Source: Candidatus Cloacimonadales bacterium (lineage in GTDB: Bacteria > Cloacimonadota > Cloacimonadia > Cloacimonadales > JAFGVF01). From it: DNA of 64,000 bases. Below, piece by piece: positions 41,072 through 49,483 of this stretch; positions within the stretch are counted from its first letter, which is position 1, and each line of letters starts with the position of its first letter. A program made the position numbers and the translations under genes. A model generated the notes under the pieces. That model searched no databases, was not told where the DNA came from, and was given only the letters and a program-made list of their open reading frames with translations. The stretch spans positions 32,001 to 96,000 of the forward strand of contig OY762964.1 in assembly GCA_963667035.1 (NCBI GenBank), in the 5' to 3' direction.

Positions 41072-42040
41072 CTATTTGTTAACTTTCATGAAATATGAAG
41101 ATTCAAGGAATCTGCTGTAATCAGGCACTTCTTTATCTTTAAAATCATCATTAGTAGCTTGAATCCATTTCCCCTCAGACGTCATTGCATTTAGTAATAC
41201 TTGTTTGTCAAAAGTTACTCCCAGATTATGATCAGCCCATGTTGATTTCACAACATCCAAATCTAAGTCTATAACTCTTGATACAATTATTTGTGCTTCT
41301 TCAACATTCTCTTTAGCGAATTTATCCGCTTTTTGCAAAGCTCTCAAAAATGCTAATACAGTTTCTTTATTTTCTAAAGCCCAATCCTTTCTTACTGCTA
41401 AGTTAAGATATCCTGTATATGCTTCAGGATCTCTGAATACAATTGCGTCTTCTCCAAGTTTTGTGCTTATTGAGTAAATATGTGGATCCCATGTTGAAGC
41501 TGCATCAACTCCTTTAGATAAAATCGCACCTTCCATTGCTGCCGGTTGTATCTGTCTTATCTCTACATTATCAGCAGACATTCCATACTTCTCTAAAAAA
41601 CGATTTGCAAACATATCTGAAGTTGTTCCCGGACTTAAAGCTAATCTTTTACCCTTTATATCTTCCGGTTTTTCAATACCACTACTTCTAAGAGCTACAA
41701 TTCCACTACTTGTTGAGTTTACCAAAGAAGCAATTGTTTGAACTGAAGTATTACCTGTATAACCGAAATAAGCAAGATTAACTTCAACAATTGTTGCAAA
41801 CTCAGCAGATTTTGATACGAGAGCATCCAAATTGTACTTCCCTGCTGCCAAATAATCTGTTTTCACATTCAAGCCTTCTTCAGTGAAGAAGCCTTTCTCA
41901 TGAGCAATTATCCCTAATCCGCACCACATATTTTTCCCGGTGGAAAAAGTTATATCTTTCTGGTTTTGTTTCTTCTCAGTTGAACATCCTATACCCAAGA
42001 GAATTAAACTCATAATTATCAATAGTTTAACATATTTCAT
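41072..42040 (-). CDS. NitT/TauT (SsuA/THI5-like) substrate-binding lipoprotein
   Basis: Lipobox LGIGC, IAHEKGFF.EEGL, DIKGKR and VDAASTWDP. Confidence 0.88.
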   Translation of the reverse strand: MKYVKLLIIMSLILLGIGCSTEKKQNQKDITFSTGKNMWCGLGIIAHEKGFFTEEGLNVKTDYLAAGKYNLDALVSKSAEFATIVEVNLAYFGYTGNTSVQTIASLVNSTSSGIVALRSSGIEKPEDIKGKRLALSPGTTSDMFANRFLEKYGMSADNVEIRQIQPAAMEGAILSKGVDAASTWDPHIYSISTKLGEDAIVFRDPEAYTGYLNLAVRKDWALENKETVLAFLRALQKADKFAKENVEEAQIIVSRVIDLDLDVVKSTWADHNLGVTFDKQVLLNAMTSEGKWIQATNDDFKDKEVPDYSRFLESSYFMKVNK

Positions 42041-42043
42041 CTT

Positions 42044-42553
42044 TTACACCCTTTCTTCTTTGTTGATTGTTCTACTATATGCATTTATTAGTTCTATTAA
42101 TCCATTGTTTATTGAATCAGAGGCACATTTCATATCTTCAAATTTCAATCTTTTATCAATATCCGAGTCAGCAGAATTAGCTCTACTCCTTAAATAACTT
42201 ATCCAATTATCTACATGCTTAATACTTGTTGAAATAAACAACAACAACAAAGCATGATTAGCTTTGCCCTTTTGCAATCCTTCAATTGGTTTAAGGATAA
42301 GAATTGTGTAGGTTTGTAAGAATCCGATTCCTGCGGAGACAATTGGGTATACATATTGTGTTGTATCAATAACATACAGCACTACAGCCATAAGTATTAA
42401 AAGAAAGCCCATGCAAAATGATACAATATAAAGCATAGATACTATACTATAAGTCTTAGTTGTTTGATTTAAGAATTCATTAATAGATAGTCTTATTTGT
42501 ACTTCCAAAGATATCTTCTTTTTTGTTTCATCTGAATATTCCGTATTTTTCAT
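42044..42553 (-). CDS. hypothetical 2-TM membrane protein
   Basis: Two adjacent hydrophobic helices, located within the tight operon. Confidence 0.7.
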   Translation of the reverse strand: MKNTEYSDETKKKISLEVQIRLSINEFLNQTTKTYSIVSMLYIVSFCMGFLLILMAVVLYVIDTTQYVYPIVSAGIGFLQTYTILILKPIEGLQKGKANHALLLLFISTSIKHVDNWISYLRSRANSADSDIDKRLKFEDMKCASDSINNGLIELINAYSRTINKEERV

Positions 42554-42565
42554 TTTCTTTTCCTT

Positions 42566-43300
42566 TTAATTATCAATACCACTAAAAATTAAAGGGTCAG
42601 AAGGTTTTTGTTTATCGCTTTCAGGTTCTTGTATTCTAGTGATAAATAAGTTCTCCTTGATTTTATTAAGTAGTTCTGAATCAGTATCTATATCCTTCAG
42701 CTTCATTATTAACTCAAATAATACTGCTTCATGCCAATCCACTACTAATTCAAACTCTGAAGTAATAGCTATAAGCTTTTTAATCTCCTTTGCAACATCC
42801 TTTATAGGCCTTTTGACTTTATCGTTATCTTTTGTTCCAAACCATTTTAGTTGTTCAAAACAAATTATAGAGTTTAATTTATTCCTTCTCCCTTCTTCAT
42901 CAATCTTATAAAAAAAGGATAGCATAAATTGAGGTATCAAATCAGAAACTCTAGACTTTTTTACTCTTGTAATCACTTCCTTATAATATTCATGTATTTC
43001 AAATTCTAATTTCGTGTAGTGGTGTAGTCTTTGTATATTAAAATATAGCTTTTTGAAACATTTGTCATTACTATTTAGCTCATCTACAAAACTTGTACCA
43101 AACGCTGATTGAAACAACTCCCTATATCTTACTCTTAATACATTTAAATTCTTTTCAAGCGTATTTTTTATTCCTATCAATGTGGTAGAATATTCACAGA
43201 TTTTGGCTAGGCTAATCTCCTCTTTGCTTATTGGCTCATCTAGTGCATTTGCCAAATTTGTTCTATTAAGATAAACTGTGTTGACTATAAGTTTATCCAT
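42566..43300 (-). CDS. hypothetical helical protein
   Basis: 244-aa ORF starting 2 nt from the upstream stop codon. Confidence 0.7.
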   Translation of the reverse strand: MDKLIVNTVYLNRTNLANALDEPISKEEISLAKICEYSTTLIGIKNTLEKNLNVLRVRYRELFQSAFGTSFVDELNSNDKCFKKLYFNIQRLHHYTKLEFEIHEYYKEVITRVKKSRVSDLIPQFMLSFFYKIDEEGRRNKLNSIICFEQLKWFGTKDNDKVKRPIKDVAKEIKKLIAITSEFELVVDWHEAVLFELIMKLKDIDTDSELLNKIKENLFITRIQEPESDKQKPSDPLIFSGIDN

Positions 43301-43302
43301 AA

Positions 43303-44793
43303 TTAAATCCTTAATCCAAGATCATAAATCTTTTCAAGTAAAGAAACTTTTCTTATAGCATGATTTTCAAGATCTATAGTCTTAAAAGTATCAGCAAGTA
43401 AATCGTTTATTTCTCTCAGAGAATCACCACTAACCACATAGCAGAGTGGATTTTGCATGTTTGCTAATGTCTTCTTTACTAAATTTAGAATTATTCCCAG
43501 TTTCTCTGATGGAAGGTATTTATCAGCAACATGGTTTGAGAAAGCTTTAATATGCTTATCAAGTTGCATATTTATCATTATAAGAGATTGCCAACGAGTA
43601 TGAGTCATCTCACAAATACCAAGTAATGTTGGAAGAACATAAGATGCGGGTTTCTTTTCGTTATCACTACATATTGTGAGAATCGCTCTTCTTGACATTT
43701 GCAAATACAGTCTGGAGTCCAGATACAGATTATTAAACCCTTTATATTGTGAATTCATTGAAAATGTGCTATAAGAGGGTTCTATTCGAAAGTCCTCATA
43801 TTTTGAGTCAACCATTCTATATAAGAAAGGAACAATCTGCTGTTCGTATTTCTCAATTCTTTCCAGTTTATGTTGTATTGCAATATCACGAGTAACGTTA
43901 GGAAGTGTTGAGCAGAATGAGTCTAGGGCTTCTCCTTTATCTAATTCCAGATTAATAACAACCCATGGGATACTGGATTCATAATTATCATCAATTTTGA
44001 TAAGGTTTTCTTTTACACAGAATAAGGAGATTATATTGTCCATTGTAAAAACTGTTATCTTATATTTATCTTCATTACTCAATTTTTTATTGTTTGAAAA
44101 GAATGGTTGGAATCTTGATATAAGCTTTTCGAAGATTATTTTTCTATCAATTGTGTAATAATCGTGTAATACATCAATAAAAGCTTTATTAGCTTTTAAA
44201 TATTCTAATAAAGATTTTTTATTGCTTTTTACAATTTCCGGTATACTATTTTCGCGTTTGTTAATCTCACCAGGACTCAAAAGAGCTTCTAGATAATCCA
44301 AATTGGCAGCAATCAATTTCTCATTAACGTATTCTCTATAAAGTTCATAGATAGTTGTTTTATTATTTTTCCCAGCAATTTTAATTCTCTTCTTTGATGA
44401 TTTATTCCCTTCTGTACTTATTAAGTGAGATAACTCATAAGCCTCTTGGGTTGATAAAAATTCACCTTCACTCTTTTCCGCTACTACATGAAAAGTGAGT
44501 GAGCATCCATGAGAGTAATAACGAAACAATGGATAAATTGTTAGGTTGATTTCACCTACTTCGGCTACTATGCTTTTTAATTCTTCATACCCCATCTCTA
44601 TGTTTAGATTGAGATAGGACGAGAGTCCAATTCTATTATAGTGTTCATCGGTAGGTTTCCCTTTCCCTGACATCTTGGTATTTTTGTAAGTTGAATTAAT
44701 AAAACTATCAATCACTCTTTTATCGTAGGTCATATCCCCTGCTACAGGTATAAAAGAGTAAATAAAGTTATATGTTGCTCTCCTAATATTCAT
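43303..44793 (-). CDS. hypothetical protein (first gene of the 7-gene operon)
   Basis: 496-aa ORF with an AGAGGG RBS and an upstream TTGACA. Confidence 0.75.
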   Translation of the reverse strand: MNIRRATYNFIYSFIPVAGDMTYDKRVIDSFINSTYKNTKMSGKGKPTDEHYNRIGLSSYLNLNIEMGYEELKSIVAEVGEINLTIYPLFRYYSHGCSLTFHVVAEKSEGEFLSTQEAYELSHLISTEGNKSSKKRIKIAGKNNKTTIYELYREYVNEKLIAANLDYLEALLSPGEINKRENSIPEIVKSNKKSLLEYLKANKAFIDVLHDYYTIDRKIIFEKLISRFQPFFSNNKKLSNEDKYKITVFTMDNIISLFCVKENLIKIDDNYESSIPWVVINLELDKGEALDSFCSTLPNVTRDIAIQHKLERIEKYEQQIVPFLYRMVDSKYEDFRIEPSYSTFSMNSQYKGFNNLYLDSRLYLQMSRRAILTICSDNEKKPASYVLPTLLGICEMTHTRWQSLIMINMQLDKHIKAFSNHVADKYLPSEKLGIILNLVKKTLANMQNPLCYVVSGDSLREINDLLADTFKTIDLENHAIRKVSLLEKIYDLGLRI

Positions 44794-45351
44794 ACAAATA
44801 ACCCTCTATCTAATGAATTATAATGTATAAAAATAGTATTTGAGAAATTTTGTCAATGAAAATCTGACTATATAATAATCATGTCATTGTGAAACAATGT
44901 TAAAAATCTAAGCAATTAGCTGATTATGCGGAGTTTCCGTAATAATTCCTTAAGTGTCATTTAGCCAAAATAATACAGCTACGTAAAATATCATTAATCT
45001 AAATGAGAAACCTTTTGAAAAACAAAATGGGCTTTCAATGAATCCACCTTTGCGATTGCTTGATAAGCTATTTTGCCTCTTCTAAACTTCTCAAAAGTTT
45101 GCTCGAAAGGGATGAGCAAAGTGGGGAGTGCAATCAAAACCTCGGTTTTTAGTTATCTGGATGCTATATGCTGAAGAATTGCTTATTGTATATTCGATGT
45201 TTGATTCACTTTATTTTTGCTTAACGAGAAATGACACAATTTCAAAAGGAAGATTTGTCACTAAATTATTACTGATTATAATGTAATTGACAACAAAACC
45301 TTAGAAAGGAAGTTTGTCTTAGAAACAATTAGGTCTTTTATAGCTTTATAT

Positions 45352-45704
45352 GGGGGTGTACAGGTTTCGACAGGGAATCTGGAGGATTAGTGATGCATGT
45401 CGAGGAGTTTACCTACTCGTTAATCATGGTGGAAACTAAACTTAAACGCAAACGATAATTTTGCATTTGCTGCTTAATTAGCGGCACGGACCGCTCAGCC
45501 TCGCCGAATGGTTGTACCGGTTTGTCAAACAGCTCGGATAAGTACTCAGCAAGTCTGTAGTGAGTAACGAAAACTTAACAGGCTGGTTCTCGAAGAGTTC
45601 TGATTATCTTCCTCAAGAGAGCGAGAAATAAAAGATAACTAAACATGTAGATTCGCTTTTTGGCCGTTCTTTGGACGCGGGTTCGATTCCCGCCACCTCC
45701 ACCA
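45352..45704 (+). ncRNA. ssrA: tmRNA; tag peptide (A)ANDNFAFAA at 45448-45477
   Basis: 5' end GGGGGTGTACAGGTTTCGAC, resume codon GCA after TAAAC, and 3' end GGACGCGGGTTCGATTCCCGCCACCTCCACCA. Confidence 0.96.
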
Positions 45705-45747
45705 AGCTTCCATAAAACCCTATAAATTAAATCAATAAGAAATATCT

Positions 45748-45895
45748 ATGTTTTATGCCTATATCTTACAAGTCAGAGATATCCAACTAAACACTATACA
45801 GGTTTTACAAAGTACCTTGTAAACTAACTTGAAAAGCAATTCAATTTGAGAAATACCTGAAGACAGACTAGGATTTGTATTTTCGAAGTGACATC
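45748..45895 (+). pseudogene. small GIY-YIG nuclease remnant
   Basis: MFYAYILQ/SQRYPTKHYTGFTK ... KAIQFEKYLKT, with a frameshift and an internal deletion. Confidence 0.7.
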
Positions 45896-45955
45896 TCAGG
45901 AAGCTTATTAAAATGAAGCACCTTATTCATAGAGAATTCTTGAGACAAATGTGTT

Positions 45956-46140
45956 TCTTTCGCCCCTATAGGGCTGACACTAAATAATGAATTAACCACA
46001 TGCCAAAGCATGTGGCTATTGAACTTACGCCATTTCATGGCTGTGGTTATCAGCTCTGAAAGAGCTTTCGTTTAATAGCCCCATGTGTAAGCGTGGGGAT
46101 ATAGAATCCTCCAAATACAAAGCCCTGTAGGGGCGAAAGA
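45956..46140. repeat. REP-doublet/MITE-like nested palindrome
   Basis: 20-nt terminal inverted arms TCTTTCGCCCCTATAGGGCT / AGCCCTGTAGGGGCGAAAGA, plus inner hairpins. Confidence 0.7.
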
Positions 46141-46254
46141 GAAAAGGCAAAAGGATGTGATCTATGTACTCATAGATTTCACTTTATAAATCTAATGACG
46201 GAGGTTTATTAATGATTATTATGCAATCGCTCCAAGACTATGTATAGCAAGTCT

Positions 46255-46617
46255 CTATTTCAACCATTCCATAGCTTTATCGTAATCTGACGTAATCATA
46301 AAGAACAAACCCCGATTGTTAGTAACTGTTTCATAGAAGTTGGCTTCTTCAAGCTCGTGTTTATCAACTAATATTGCTACATGACCTACCCATGGAGTGG
46401 CTTCTTTTATCTGCCTAGCTAATCTCACGGTATCAAAAGAGTCAAGCCCGTGTTTCAAATTCTGCTCATCGCAAAATAAATTCTTACTTCCATGTTTAAT
46501 AACCATATCAATAACTGCCTGTGCATATTCAAAAGTGTCTTCAAGCTTCTCTGCAATACCCGAAGTATAAACCTTAAGAAGTTCACCATCTAACTCAAAT
46601 CTGTACTCAATCTTCAT
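46255..46617 (-). CDS. small hypothetical protein, STAS/SpoIIAA-like
   Basis: About 120 aa with an alpha/beta pattern, ending ETVTNNRG...DKAMEWL. AGAAGG RBS before ATG 46617. Confidence 0.6.
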   Translation of the reverse strand: MKIEYRFELDGELLKVYTSGIAEKLEDTFEYAQAVIDMVIKHGSKNLFCDEQNLKHGLDSFDTVRLARQIKEATPWVGHVAILVDKHELEEANFYETVTNNRGLFFMITSDYDKAMEWLK

Positions 46618-46991
46618 ATACTTAATCCTTCTTAAAACTATGTTATTATTATAGAGATTATACATAGAATAGACCATTGCTTCAAAATAATTATATCCCC
46701 AAAAATCGCAATTTATTTATTTTTTCTTTTTGATTTAATATATCTCATTGCATCAGTTAACTGCCAAACTCAGCATTATATTATTAGCTCTCACTGTTTT
46801 TGTGGAGTCTGTCAGATACGTAGCTTGTGGAGAATTAACGGGAGTAAAAAGAAGGTTCACACACATGAATAGTAAATCAATAAAGAGAAAGATGGATAGA
46901 GTTGTAAAAGATACATAAATTCTTCTTACTTGACATTTAAAGTAAGTTATGACTATTTTGGAACAAATACTAAATGATATTGGAGGAACAC

Positions 46992-47033
46992 ATGAACATG
47001 AAATCAATTAGAAAGGAATCTAGTACAAGATAA
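46992..47033 (+). CDS. leader peptide MNMKSIRKESSTR
   Basis: GGAGGA RBS, downstream of TTGACA (46930) and immediately before the alternative hairpins. Confidence 0.65.
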   Translation: MNMKSIRKESSTR

Positions 47034-47174
47034 GTCTAATCTCATTTAAGTATTTCCGGTAGTGACAGACACAACGATTTAAGCTAAAAAATATAATCTT
47101 GGGATTAGGCAAGAGCACGTCTAATCCCAAAGTAGTTTTAAGAGCCTTTGGGACATAGTTTCAAAGGCTCTTTT
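47034..47174 (+). promoter_or_regulatory. transcription attenuator (mutually exclusive hairpins + terminator)
   Basis: Segments 47034-44, 47100-10 and 47119-32, and terminator 47140-74. Confidence 0.72.
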
Positions 47175-47315
47175 ACGTTTAACAAGAAAACAATATATCA
47201 AAAGGAGTAATAATGAAAGTAGCTGAAGTATTGAATGGAAATGTACATGTTGCAACACACACTAGAGAAGTAAATGAAATTGAGTATATAATTAATCATA
47301 TTAACCGGAGAAAAA

Positions 47316-49016
47316 ATGAATACAAACTACATAGAATTAGTAAAAGAATACATAAGCAGACACTACAATGAAGAGATAGTTGAAATTGATAGATTAACGA
47401 CAGGATTATGTCACTACGTTTATAATGTTAGATTCAATAACGACAAAGAGGTAGTAATAAGAATAGCAAGAGAAGGCACTGAATCTTTAATCAAAAGCGG
47501 AGTTTATTGGAATACGTATCTTAAAGGGTTAGAGCTTCCTCTAGCAAAACTACTACACTATAACTTAGAAGATAAACTTCCGTATATGATTGTTGCCAAA
47601 CTTCCGGGAAAAGACTTATGCTATGTGTATGATGAGATGACAGGAGATCAGAAACAAGCACTAGCTAGAGAGATAGTTAGCATGCAGAGTTTGGTATCAA
47701 AACTACAGAAAAATGATTATTTCGGGTATGCCCGATGCTACAATGACAGCAATCTTCAAGATAATAATAGTTGGAAAGATGTTATATTTAAATCAATAAT
47801 GCGTTCTAAAAGCAGACTTGAAAAGACCGGGGTATTCGATCTTATATATGCGGAACAACTTCTTTCAAAACTACATAAGTACAACGACTATTTGGATAGA
47901 ATCAGACCTAAACCTTTCCTTGATGATATAACCACTAAAAATGTACTTATCCATGAAGGAAAATTAGCCGGTATAGTTGATGTTGATAATGTATGCTTTG
48001 GCGATAGACTCTTTCATGTTGCTTTGACGCGTATGGCATTATTGTCACAAAGTAGCGATACAGACTATATCGACTATATGTTAGATGAGTATGACCTTGA
48101 ACCTCAAAAGATAGAGATTCTTAACTTTTATACAACTGTGTGCTGTCTTGATTTCATGAGCGAAATTGGACAGAAATTCAATAAAGATTCTATACCTGAG
48201 GTTGATTTTGAGAGAGTTAAACTGTATGAATCAATCTTCCAGAAGTACTTGAATTCTGATAATGTAATGAAAACCGACCTTATGCGTTATGGTGATTCTT
48301 GTGTAGATTTCTACAATGAGAATATCATTGCAGATATAATTAGAGTAGTAAAACAAGGCAAAGAAGCTACTGTTCTTTGTTGCAAATCACACGAAAGCAT
48401 GGATAGCGACTTCATGGCTGTTAAGTTGTATAAAGAAAAGAAATATAGGAATTTCAAAAGAGACAGAGTATATCATATAGGTAGAGTGTGGGACCAAAGA
48501 TTACTCAGAGCTATTAAGAAGAAAACAGCTGTTGGGCAAGAAGCTGAAAGATCCAATTGGGTGAGTAATGAATATAATACATTAGCTACCCTTTATGATG
48601 CGGGAGTCAATGTTCCAAAACCCATTGCTCATACACATGATGCCATTGTTATGGAGTTCTTAGGTGAGCAAGATTTGTGCTCATCATTACTTAAGGATAC
48701 GAGATTCACTAAAGATGAAGCAAAGATAGTATTTACAAAGCTAATGGATGATATAGAGACAATGCTCGAACTTGAAATTGTTCATGGTGATCTATCTGCT
48801 TACAATATCCTTTATCATAAAGAGGAACCATACATTATTGATTTCCCTCAAGCAGTTAATCCATCAGTAAATCAATATGCGTTTGATTTGTTGGTTCGAG
48901 ATATCGCTAACGTGTGCAAATATTTCAAGCGATATGATATTGAAGCAAACCCGGATGAAATAGCACAAAGATTCTGGACTCCTAGATATGGCCAATTCCG
49001 CAGATTTGAAGTATAA
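47316..49016 (+). CDS. fusion of an APH-like phosphotransferase and a RIO1-family kinase
   Basis: N-half: DDITTKNVL...GIVDVD. C-half: KQGKEATV, AVKLY, VHGDLSAYNIL and IIDFPQAV. Confidence 0.85.
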   Translation: MNTNYIELVKEYISRHYNEEIVEIDRLTTGLCHYVYNVRFNNDKEVVIRIAREGTESLIKSGVYWNTYLKGLELPLAKLLHYNLEDKLPYMIVAKLPGKDLCYVYDEMTGDQKQALAREIVSMQSLVSKLQKNDYFGYARCYNDSNLQDNNSWKDVIFKSIMRSKSRLEKTGVFDLIYAEQLLSKLHKYNDYLDRIRPKPFLDDITTKNVLIHEGKLAGIVDVDNVCFGDRLFHVALTRMALLSQSSDTDYIDYMLDEYDLEPQKIEILNFYTTVCCLDFMSEIGQKFNKDSIPEVDFERVKLYESIFQKYLNSDNVMKTDLMRYGDSCVDFYNENIIADIIRVVKQGKEATVLCCKSHESMDSDFMAVKLYKEKKYRNFKRDRVYHIGRVWDQRLLRAIKKKTAVGQEAERSNWVSNEYNTLATLYDAGVNVPKPIAHTHDAIVMEFLGEQDLCSSLLKDTRFTKDEAKIVFTKLMDDIETMLELEIVHGDLSAYNILYHKEEPYIIDFPQAVNPSVNQYAFDLLVRDIANVCKYFKRYDIEANPDEIAQRFWTPRYGQFRRFEV

Positions 49017-49045
49017 TATGTTAAAGCAGTATTGATACAAAAATT

Positions 49046-49071
49046 AAAGCCACCTCAAAAGGTGGCTTTAT
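49046..49071 (+). terminator. terminator after the APH-RIO gene
   Basis: TAAAGCCACC-tcaaaa-GGTGGCTTTA. Confidence 0.75.
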
Positions 49072-49210
49072 AACTTGACATCATTGACTTTAGAAACAAA
49101 CTACGCCAAAGAATTGTGGGAGTTTATCAGGGCTTTGCGAGAGCGGACTTCCTTAATTCTTCAAACAGCAATTCCGGCAAATTCCCTTTGATTACAGCCA
49201 ATTTAACTCC

Positions 49211-49362
49211 TCTATCAATGCTCTATCTTAATAACAAGATTATTTGGGTAAGTCCCTCCTGATAAACTTGTCACTCACTTGTCCGGCATAACAAGAAAAT
49301 CATCTGAATTGCACAAGCTTTGCTCAAGAGATTCCCACTTATTGAGATAGAGCATTGATAGA
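49211..49362. repeat. MITE-like element, copy 1
   Basis: 24-nt terminal inverted repeats with 1 mismatch (TCTATCAATGCTCTATCTTAATAA). Confidence 0.65.
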
Positions 49363-49483
49363 AAAGTGAGGAAAATAAAACTGAGACAAACCTGCGATTT
49401 GATCTAATAAATTGACATTATAAGGGAAACTATGTAATCTTGCGTCTCAATCAGTAATCATAAAGAAAGGATAATTGCAGACA

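Noticed and set aside
44880..45230. Possible gene remnant between the radical SAM operon and ssrA
   Set aside because: It has only short open frames with no recognisable family.
49100..49362. Possible retron msr-msd
   Set aside because: No adjacent reverse transcriptase, and a second copy elsewhere fits a MITE-like repeat better.
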